A stretch of DNA of 64,000 nucleotides. Origin: an uncultured Verrucomicrobiae bacterium. Lineage in GTDB: Bacteria; Verrucomicrobiota; Verrucomicrobiia; Limisphaerales; Palsa-1400. How positions within the stretch are numbered: the stretch's first letter is position 1; the number at the start of each line of letters is the position of its first letter. Shown piece after piece: positions 30,983-40,800 of this stretch. The position numbers and the translations under genes are program-made. The notes under the pieces were generated by a model. That model did no database searches and was not told the DNA's origin. It saw nothing but the letters and a program-made list of their open reading frames with translations. The stretch is from NCBI GenBank assembly GCA_963702845.1, contig OY969763.1, positions 1,760,001-1,824,000 on the forward strand. Reading direction: 5' to 3'.

Positions 30983-32800
30983 ATGATCAAAACAACCGAT
31001 CAAAAGTCCAGCTGGTGGCGAACGCTTTTTGCGTCTACCGCAGTTCTGGGAATTCTCACATCCGCACACGCGCGAACCACAGGTATCGACGTCTCGTCGT
31101 TCCAAGGCACTCCCAGTTGGAGCAGCATAAAAAGCTGTGGCTGGACTTTTGGTATTGCGAAAGCGACTGAAGGCCAGACCACCGACGATCCAGACTTTAG
31201 CTACAACATGAGCAATGGTAAAGCGAATGGTGTTTACATGGGTGCGTATCACTTTGCACATCCCGAACTGCACTCGCCCTCGACCGAATCCAGCCACTTC
31301 TGGGGTACGGCCGGTGGAACGCAATTGGCAGATGGCAAAACTGTTTCGCCGACGTTGGACTTTGAAGTGTTCAGCGGTGTCGTGGGTGCGAGCAGCTACT
31401 CCGACTGGGCCAACCAATGGTTCAATGACATTTTGAACGACCTTGGCGGCAAAGAATCACAACCGATCCTCTATGTCAGCGCGTGTAATGCTGCTAATTT
31501 CAACAACAGCGTTGACGCGTGGTCACCGTGGATCGCGAACTATAACGGGCAGAGTCCGCAAACGGGCACACCATGGAGCGTTTGCAGCAGCGGCAATGTG
31601 TGGGGCAATTGGTCGATGTGGCAATACAGCAGCAGCGGCTCTGTTTGCGGTGTCAGCGGTTCTTGCGACGTGGACGTTTATAATGGCACCACTGCGCAAT
31701 TCACCACGGAACTGCTCATCGACAATCCCGGCGGCACGACCAAGCCGACAACATGGTCGTCCGTGAATGGCGGCCCGATTGCGATGAACACGGATGGCAC
31801 GCTTGAAATTTTCGGCGTGCAAGGCACGACAGCAAAGCACGAACATCAGAACACCCCTAACGGCACATGGACTGCATTGATCAACATGGGTGGAATCACG
31901 GCGATTCCGGGTGTGGCTGTCGCACGCAATACCGACGGGCGCCTGGAAGCGTTTTGCTACAATACCGGCGATGGCACAGTCTATCACCAATACCAAACGG
32001 CGGCACACATGGGCTTCACGACGTGGTTCCAGATGGGCGCAAGCGCTGGCGTGACGAATCTGGTCGCCATAACCAATCTGGATGGCCGTATGGAAATCTG
32101 GGGTATCAAGAACGGCACGACCTGGCATGATTACCAAACTGCAGCTGGCCAAGGCTGGAATGGTTGGGTCAGCCACGGTGGAACGGTTAAGGCTGGCTAT
32201 GGGATCGCTCGCAACCCGGATGGTCGTCTGGAAATCTTCGGCGTCGGAACTGATGGCGCCGTCTGGCACGACTATCAAACGGCGGCGGGCAGCGGCTGGA
32301 ACGGTTGGGTCAGTTTGGGTGGCGCAACGATGGATGGAAATATCGCCGTCGCCAACAATGCTGACGGTCGTCTAGACCTTTATGCTTGCCACAGCGACGG
32401 TCACGTTTGGCACAACTACCAGGTTAAAGGCGGCGGCGGCGCGTGGAATGGCTGGGGTGATACCGGCGTTCCTGGCACCGGCGGTCGCGGCGGCATGTGC
32501 ATCGGCATCAACAAAGATGGACGCCTCGAAGTGTTCGTCAGCACGCCTTCTGGTGTTGTCTGGCATCGCTATCAGAACACCAGGAACGGCGATTGGACGT
32601 CATGGTCTAGCCTGGGCAGCAGCGCCATTGATCAGCATCTGTTCTGCGCGAATAACGCGAACGGTGCGCTGCAAGTCTTCGGCATCCATACTGGCGACAA
32701 CGTCATCTATACCAACTACCAGAATCCGCCCGGCGGTGGTTGGAATGGTTGGTTCAGCATGGGCAATGCTGGGACGATGTTCTACTACGGTCAGCCGTAA
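30983..32800 (+). CDS. Secreted GH25 muramidase fused to a 7-blade PLL-like lectin propeller (paralog 3)
   Basis: GH25 motifs; seven repeats of NxDGRLE(V/I)F...WHxYQ...GWxGWxSxGG, as in Photorhabdus PLL-type lectins; ATG 30983. Confidence 0.86.
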   Translation: MIKTTDQKSSWWRTLFASTAVLGILTSAHARTTGIDVSSFQGTPSWSSIKSCGWTFGIAKATEGQTTDDPDFSYNMSNGKANGVYMGAYHFAHPELHSPSTESSHFWGTAGGTQLADGKTVSPTLDFEVFSGVVGASSYSDWANQWFNDILNDLGGKESQPILYVSACNAANFNNSVDAWSPWIANYNGQSPQTGTPWSVCSSGNVWGNWSMWQYSSSGSVCGVSGSCDVDVYNGTTAQFTTELLIDNPGGTTKPTTWSSVNGGPIAMNTDGTLEIFGVQGTTAKHEHQNTPNGTWTALINMGGITAIPGVAVARNTDGRLEAFCYNTGDGTVYHQYQTAAHMGFTTWFQMGASAGVTNLVAITNLDGRMEIWGIKNGTTWHDYQTAAGQGWNGWVSHGGTVKAGYGIARNPDGRLEIFGVGTDGAVWHDYQTAAGSGWNGWVSLGGATMDGNIAVANNADGRLDLYACHSDGHVWHNYQVKGGGGAWNGWGDTGVPGTGGRGGMCIGINKDGRLEVFVSTPSGVVWHRYQNTRNGDWTSWSSLGSSAIDQHLFCANNANGALQVFGIHTGDNVIYTNYQNPPGGGWNGWFSMGNAGTMFYYGQP

Positions 32801-32822
32801 ATAATTCGAACCTAACCAACTC

Positions 32823-32862
32823 ACGCCCGCGCGAGCCAACAACCCGCGCGGGCGTTTTCTTT
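32823..32862 (+). terminator. Rho-independent terminator
   Basis: ACGCCCGCGCG-loop-CGCGCGGGCGT followed by TTTCTTT. Confidence 0.8.
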
Positions 32863-32905
32863 GCTTCTGGCTTGAAAATGTGTCCGAGATTCGCACCCTA
32901 AAAGC

Positions 32906-34831
32906 TTGCGCAAATCCCCTTCGAAAATGCCCCCGACTTCTCGAATAGCGTGGAAGGATTATGCCCCGGGTTTGCTGATATTCTGCGCCGTGGTCGTCGT
33001 GTTCTGGCCGGTCTATTCGGCTGGGTTCATTTGGGATGACAACGTGATGTTGACGGAAACGCCGTTGATGCACGGGCCGTTCCACGCGCTTTGGACTGGA
33101 GCGTCGGGCGTGGATTACTTTCCGGTGACGTATTCCAGTCTTTGGATTGAATGGCGACTGTGGGGGTTGAATGCGGCTGGTTATCACGTGACGAATGTAT
33201 TGTTGCACGCAGTCAGTTGTGTCGTTCTGTGGCGAGTTTTTGTGCGACTCAAAATTCCCGGAGCGTGGCTAGCAGCACTACTTTTCGCGGTGCATCCGGT
33301 GAATGTGGAATCGGTCGCATGGATCGCCGAGCGGAAGAACGTGCTCGCAATGTTATTCTACGCGGTGACGGCGTGGGCGCTCATCAGATTTGTGCAGGGC
33401 GGGGAACGCAGATGGTATTTTATTTCGCTTGCCGCGTTTTTGTTATCGCTGCTCGCTAAACCAGCGGCGGTGGCGTGGCCGTGTGTGGCGTTCGGGATTG
33501 TATGGTGGATGACGAGGTTCAAGTCTGAGGACCAAAGTGCCGGCAGTCGGAGCAGTGCTGTGCCCACACCGAAGATTATTGTCTGGGTAGCGCCGTTTTT
33601 ATTGATGGCGGTCGTGCTGGCGCTGGTTACGGTTTGGTTCCAAAATCATTTCGCGATTAAGGGGGATGTGGTTTATGAGCGGGATTTTTCGAGCCGAGTC
33701 GCGACCGCGGGTCTGGCAATTTGGTTTTACCTCGGGAAAGCACTGGTTCCGTGGCCGCTCTCGTTTATCTATCCGATGTGGAAAATGACGCCGCTTTCAT
33801 TGGTTTATTTTCTGCCGCTCATTGGGTTAGTCGTCACGTTTGTGGTTGGTTGGGTATTTCGAAAGCGCTGGGGGACACCGGTTTTATTGGGGCTTATTTA
33901 TTTTGTTTTGTTGCTCGCACCGATCCTGGGGATTTTCAAGATTTCGTTCCAAAGATATTCGTATGTTGCCGATCATTGGCAATATTTTGCGTTGCCGGCA
34001 ATCACGGTTGTAGTCGCGCTGACAATAAGGAGGTTGCCGTATTTCCGGTTCGTCGGAGTGATGCTTGTCATGCTGTTTGGTTGGCTGACGATCTTGCAGG
34101 CGCGCATTTATCACGACAGTGAAACGATTTGGACGGATACATTGCGCAAAAACCCGGATTCATGGGTCGCCTTGGGAGGGCTTGGCCTGAAGCGGATGCG
34201 GGCCGGACGGTTGGAGGAGGGGATTGTGTTATGTGAGCGATCGCTCGAAATCTATCCGCACCAGGGAGAATCTCATGCGAATTTGGGGCTCGCCTTGTTA
34301 AAGCTGGGCCGGGTGGATGAAGGCATTCAGCATCTGCGCAACGCGATTCAAATCGAACCTGATTATGTTCCCACCTACTGCAATCTGGCGGATGCCTTGA
34401 AGGCGCAAGGGAAGTTCGACGAAGCAATTGCCTTGTATAAAGAAGCGATCCGGCTGGGGCCGACTGTGCCGCTGTCCTACAACGCCCTCGGATCGTTATA
34501 TGCAGAGCAGCGCCGGAAAGATGAAGCGCTCGAACTGTTTCGGAAAGCGGTGGCGCTCTGGCCGAATTACATGAATGCGCTCTCAAACCTCGGCGCGATG
34601 TTGACGAGCCAAGGCAAACCCAAGGAAGGACTTCCATATCTCAAAAAAGCGGTTGCCCTGGACCCGAACTATGCCGGTGCCCGCGCGAATCTAGGGAATG
34701 CGTTGCTGGATTTAAAACAATTCACAGAGGCGCGCGAGCAGTTTGAAGTCGCGCTACGAATTGATCCCGAGCTGGTGCCGGCAAAATATGGTTTGGCCGA
34801 TTGTCTCAAGATGGCGGCAGAAAGCAACTAA
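32906..34831 (+). CDS. TMTC-like GT-C membrane glycosyltransferase with C-terminal TPRs
   Basis: FIWDDNVML, YHVTNVLLH, HPVNVESVAWIAERKNVL, VADHWQYF; TPR repeats; start uncertain. Confidence 0.85.
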   Translation: MRKSPSKMPPTSRIAWKDYAPGLLIFCAVVVVFWPVYSAGFIWDDNVMLTETPLMHGPFHALWTGASGVDYFPVTYSSLWIEWRLWGLNAAGYHVTNVLLHAVSCVVLWRVFVRLKIPGAWLAALLFAVHPVNVESVAWIAERKNVLAMLFYAVTAWALIRFVQGGERRWYFISLAAFLLSLLAKPAAVAWPCVAFGIVWWMTRFKSEDQSAGSRSSAVPTPKIIVWVAPFLLMAVVLALVTVWFQNHFAIKGDVVYERDFSSRVATAGLAIWFYLGKALVPWPLSFIYPMWKMTPLSLVYFLPLIGLVVTFVVGWVFRKRWGTPVLLGLIYFVLLLAPILGIFKISFQRYSYVADHWQYFALPAITVVVALTIRRLPYFRFVGVMLVMLFGWLTILQARIYHDSETIWTDTLRKNPDSWVALGGLGLKRMRAGRLEEGIVLCERSLEIYPHQGESHANLGLALLKLGRVDEGIQHLRNAIQIEPDYVPTYCNLADALKAQGKFDEAIALYKEAIRLGPTVPLSYNALGSLYAEQRRKDEALELFRKAVALWPNYMNALSNLGAMLTSQGKPKEGLPYLKKAVALDPNYAGARANLGNALLDLKQFTEAREQFEVALRIDPELVPAKYGLADCLKMAAESN

Positions 34832-34837
34832 CGGTCA

Positions 34838-37800
34838 TCAGAACAGCACCTTAACCTGATGCGCTTGACCATCATCTTTCAGCGAGAGCGCATCGCCAGA
34901 TTGCTCCGCGCCATCGACTGAAATCGCTTTCACCTTTTGCCAACCCGCCTCGGCCTGTAGTTCAATGTCGTAAAGCGTTTTGCCAACGCGGTAATGAACC
35001 TTGAACGATTTCCATTCCGGTGGAATGCAGGGAACAAATCGCAGCCTGTCACCTTCGCGACGTAACCCCAAAAGGTGTTCGAGAGTCAATCGATACAACC
35101 AGCCCGCCGAGCCGGTGTACCAGGTCCAACCACCACGCCCGACGTGCGGCGGAACACCGTAAATATCCGCGACTGCAACGTAAGGTTCCACGCGATACAT
35201 CCCGGCTTCATCAGCGTTTTTACTGTGGTTGGGCGGCAGAATCATTCGGAACAATTCCCAGGCACGGCGATGATCGCCCATCATTGTGAACGCGATAATC
35301 GTCCAAACGGCGGCATGCGTATATTGGCCGCCATTTTCGCGAATGCCCGGGACGTAACCTTTGATGTATCCGGGGTTGAGCGCCGATTTGTCGAATGCGG
35401 GCGTGAAAAGCTGAATCAACCGGCCATCGCGGCGGACGAGTCGTTGATCGACCGCATCCATTGCTTTGCGGGCACGGCCCGAATCGCCTGCGCCGGAAAT
35501 CACCGCCCAACTTTGTGGCAACGAATCGATTTGGCATTCCTCGTTTTCTGCCGATCCCAGTGGTGTTCCATCATCGAACCACGCCCGTTTATACCAGTTA
35601 CCGTCCCATGCGTTCTCTTCGATGTAGTGGTGGAGCTGCTCTGCTTCTTCAACGCACTTTTGCGCGAACGCGTCATCGTGACGTTGGCGTGCGACCTGGG
35701 AGAACTGCGTCAACACATTGTGCAGGAAGAACCCGAGCCAGACGCTTTCGCCCTTGCCGTGTTCACCGACGAGATTCATGCCATCGTTCCAATCACCACA
35801 GCCGATCAGCGGAATTCCGTGCGCGCCGAATTTGAGCCCATTTGTTACTGCGCGGACGCAATGTTCGTAGAGCGTCGATGACGGGCCGACTCGCGGAAGA
35901 TCAAAATACGCTTCTTCATCGGGCTTGAGTGGCCGCCCTTCGATGAACGCAACCGTCTCGTTGAGGATGTCGTAATCACCGGTCGAGAACACGTATCGGC
36001 AAACCGCGAACGGCAACCACAAATAATCATCCGAAAAATGCGTGCGAACACCACGATTGGTCGGCGGGTGCCACCAATGTTGCACGTCACCTTCAACGAA
36101 CTGGTGCGCGGCGGCGTATAATATTTGATCGCGGAGCGCGCGCGGATTGCAGTGAACGAGCGCCATCGCGTCCTGGAGTTGATCGCGGAATCCAAACGCG
36201 CCGCTCGATTGATAATAGCCGGAGCGCGCCCACATCCGGCAACCGAGCGTCTGGTAGACAAGCCATTGATTCGCGAGTAAATCCAGCGCGGGTTCAGGCG
36301 TTTCGACCTGCACTGCGCCGAGCGTCTCGTTCCAATACGCCTTGACGGCATCGAGCTCGGCATGCACCGCCGCAGGATCTTTGAAGCGCTCGATTAACTG
36401 TTGCACTTCACCAGCATCGCGGGCCGCGCCGAGGCGGAAAATAATTTCGCGCTCCTGTCCTTCGCCCAAATCGAAGGGCACTTGCATCGCCGCACAAGGA
36501 TCAAATCCTGCGCCGACTCTGCCGGATAATCGCAATCGCCGCAAAGCCGCCGGTTGTGCAAGAGTGCCATTCCTTCCAATAAATTCGCACCTATCACCGG
36601 TCAGCGTGCGCGTCGGAACTTGGACGTCCACGAATGCGACGCGCCCTGGGAAATCGGTGTTGTAGGCATTGCGAGCAAGTAACGCGCCCGTTCGCGTATC
36701 TAGTTCGGTGATGACGTGCGGCAAGTTCTTCGACCGCAACTCGCCGAGCACCCATTCCCAATAACCAAATGCTGACAGCCGTTTCGCACGATTCGATGTA
36801 TTGCGGAATTTCAATACCGCAAATTTCACCGGAGCATCTTTGGCGACGAATATCGTTAGCTCGGATTCAACGCCGTATTCGCTGTAAGTGAAAACCGAGT
36901 AGCCGGCCCCGTGACGAATGCCATACGGCTGCGTGCCGCGGGCGGGCAGGGGAGTCGGCGACCAAAACTCGCCGGTCTGTTCGTCGCGAATGTAGAACGC
37001 CTCGCCCGTCGTATCCATGACCGCGTCATTGCCCCATTTCGTCAGGCGATACTCGTGGCTGTTTTCGAACCACGTGTAAGCGCTGCCGCTCTCCGAAAGC
37101 ACGGTGCCGAAGTGGGGATTAGCGATCACGTTCACCCACGGTGCAGGTGTCACCTGACCGGGCTTCAACGTGATGACGTATTCGTCGCCTTCCGGGCTGA
37201 AGCCGCCGAATCCGTTGTAAAACTTTAATCGTTGCTCCGGCGATCGAGGTGGAAATTGTCGATCTTGTTCCGCGCGTCGAACCGGAATCAACTGCGGAAT
37301 TGTTGGTTCAGGTCGAACGCGGCGATTGGTTTGATCGACTAAAGTTCCCGCTGAATCCGACAGCACCAGGCGCGCGACAGTTTGCAGCAATACCTGGTCG
37401 TCGGCCTGGATCTGGTCCGATCGTCGCACGAAAATCCCACCCGGCCGATCCAGCATCGCTGCTTCCGTTGATGCCGCTACCATGCCGACAACTTGATCGA
37501 ACAGGCTTTGGCGATAAATCGAATCTTCCTGCGTCAGAATGACCATGTCGCACTGGAGTCCCTTGAGCCGCCAATACGCGTGTGCTTGCAAAATCTTTTT
37601 CGCGAAATCATTCGAATTTATATCGCTCAAATAAATCAGTGCGATCGGCAGGTCGCCGGAGATTCCATAAGCCCACAAACTGCTTTGGCCGCGCTTGTTT
37701 TTTATCAGCGTAGCGGCAGGTGCGCGCCGGAACTGATGCGCATAAATCAATGCGGTCGCAAGCCTTCCAAAAAGCTGGGCGTCAGCTTCGGTTGAATTGA

Positions 37801-40800
37801 GTTGATGCAAGACCACCTGCGAATGCGTCCAGGCCAGGTCCATGATGCGGTCGGACAATGTCGCGTCGCGATACTTCGAGACAATGTGCATTGCCCCTTC
37901 ACGCGTTTCGCACACACCAAAAATCAGATCGACCCGAGCCGATTGATCCGGCGCGAGCTTTATCACACGGCGAATGGCAATGATCGGATCAAGCACTGGG
38001 CCCTCGCTGTTTGAGAGCGGCCCCGGCGCTTCCATGGCCACGGGATTCGCGGTCGTGCGGCAGCGGCCCACAAATTTACTGCGATCAGTTTCGTAGGAAA
38101 CCTCTTCTGTGACGGCCCCGTGGGGCAGCATCAAATGAACATAAAATGGTGGGCTATCCTTCTCCGAGCGTGGCCGGCGTTTACAAAGAATCGCGGCGTG
38201 CTGGCGAAGAATTTCCGTCTCGACAAACAAATTGCTAAACGCAGGGTGGGCGAGATCCGCGTTTTGTTGCGCCAGCACAACCTCCGCGTAAGTGGTCAGT
38301 TCAATCGTCTTCGGTTTCGGTGAGCGGTTCGTCAACGTGATGCGCCGCAATTCAACGTCGTCTTCGGTCGAGACGCTGATCTCGGTGTGCATGTCCAGCT
38401 CGTCGATGCGGCGGCGGAACTCGGCGCGACCTTGCGTGAAGATCGCCTCGTAAACTTTGGAAGGCTTTGTCGTCGGCTGATACGCAATCGAGGACACTTC
38501 GTTTGATTCCAAATCGCGCACGTAACAAAACGTTCCATCACAATCGCGCGTTGCGTCTTCGCGCCATCGTGTCAGAGCCAGTCCTTTCCAGTGGGCAAAC
38601 CCGGCGCCGCTCGTCGTGACCGCTGTTGTATATCGGCTGTTTGACAACAGGTGAACTTCTGGAAACGGCGTGTTTGGATTCGTGAAAACGCGAATGAACT
38701 CTTCCTTTTTATTTTCGCTTTCCGGACGTCCGGCTGCTTCCAATTCGCCGGGATACAGTGGCGTCACCACTTTCGGCACACGCTCCTGCAACAGCAGCTC
38801 CGTCGATTTAAAGAGCGGATACGATTGGAACCGGCGCTGCATCGGTTTGTTGCGCAACAACCCGACAAGCGCCAAAAATCCCATTCCCTGGTGATGAGCC
38901 ATGAACGACCGAACCGTTGCGCTCGACTGGCCGGGTCGTAATCGAGATGGAGTGTAATCAATCGCTTCGTAAAACCCATATCGACCCTCGCGACCTTCGC
39001 GTGAGAGCCGCTGGAGATTCTCACAGGCTTCGGTTGGGCAGACCATCAACGCCATCATCGTTGCATACGGCGCAACGACGAGGTCATCGGACAGCCCGCG
39101 TTTTAAACCGAGTCCTGGCACGCCGAACGCGCGATATTGATAGTTTAAATGCGCATCGGTCAGGTAATAGCCCGATTCGGAAAATCCCCATGGCACACCG
39201 CGCTCGCGGCCATATTCGATCTGGCGTTGCACAGCCGCTTTGCAGCTTCGATCGAGCAACGTGTTTTCGTAACTCGGCATCACCAGAATCGGCATCAGGT
39301 ACTCGAACATCGAACCGCTCCACGAAACGAGCACCGGAGATCCGCAGGGCGAAACGAGAATTCGGCTCAGGGCGAACCAATGTTCCTGTTGCACCTGATA
39401 CTGCGAGATTGCCAAATAGCTCGTCAGGCGCGCTTCCGATGCGAGCAAATCGTAGAAGCTGCCGTCCATGCGATGGTCCGTCGCATTGTAACCGATCGAG
39501 AACAGTTCGCGCGATTCGTCGAACAAAAACCGGAAATCCATTTCCGCGACGTCCCCGCATCGATGTGCCAAAGCGTTGATTGCGTCCATGCGATGCCTTG
39601 CATTCCGCGAGGCTTCCATGATGCATTGCGAGGCCGACTTGAGCCACTGCAACGCTTCTTCGCTCACCGTCTTCTGCGAAGAAACTTTGTGTAGGACAAG
39701 GTTCAGCAGCGGGAGCAACGTTTGGTCAAAACGCGCGGCTTCCCGCAACGTCGGAAACCGTTCAAGCATCGCCAGAAATCCAGACAGTTCGTGCAGGCGA
39801 TTGGCATCTGGAGCGAACACCAGTTTCGTCAGTTCCATTGGAGGCCGGGGAAGCTCGACCCACGGTGTCAGCAAGCGCAACTCTTCCTGTTGTGCGACAC
39901 ACATGTTCGCCAGGTTTTGCGCCCACCATTTGCAATCGGCATCGGCGACGTCATGGGTCGCCGTGGCTACTTCCGCGGCGGCGATCGAGACTTCGTTCAA
40001 TACCGCCGCCAATTCTGTGGGCGTATGGTTCTTGCGATCGCGATGACGACTGAGAATTAAATGTAGATTGCTAAGTTTCTTTTCAACCTGCTGCCCGTCC
40101 CCATTAAGCGATGTGCTGGCCGATATAGCATCGTTCAACACCATGTAGGTATGTTCGATTGCCTGCACCCCGACGCAATTCGCCACCGGCAGATCCGGCG
40201 ACTCGAGCAGGCCCGAGCGCAACGTTAGTGTATGTGCGGCGAAGTTGCCGCTGTCGACGCTGGACAAATACAGCGGCAGCATCGGTTTTAACGTGCGTGT
40301 GTCGTACCAGTTATAAAAATGTCCACGATGACGCTCCAGTTGATCCAACGTGGTGAGTGTTCGCGTTAACCGTTCCAGCAGTTGCTGCGTTGTGATGTAA
40401 CCGAAGTCCCATGCGCCCAACGCCGCCAGCATGCTCAGTCCAATATTGGTCGGTGAAGTGCGAGTCGCCAAAACTTCTCTCGGGCTTTCCTGAAAATTAT
40501 CCGGAGGCAACCAGTGATCGTCGTCGTTGATAAATGTTTCGAAGAATCGCCACGTTTTGCGCGCAGTCTTTTGCAAAAACTGGAATTGCTTATCGCTTAG
40601 CGACGGTTTGGCCGGCTTCAACGGCAGGCTTATCCACCACGCAATCAGTGGCGAAACAAACCACAACGCCAGTAAAGCCGCGCAAAACTCGATCTGGGTG
40701 CTCTGTAATGAAAAGATCGCAACTGCAAGCATCACCGCGAAAACCGGCACACCCCACATTTTGCCCAGCACCGAGCGGAAGTCCGTCCGCGCTTTTCCTT

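Noticed and set aside
27254..32800. Prophage lysis cassette
   Set aside because: Sec signal peptides, own promoters and terminators, and no holin, spanin or structural genes
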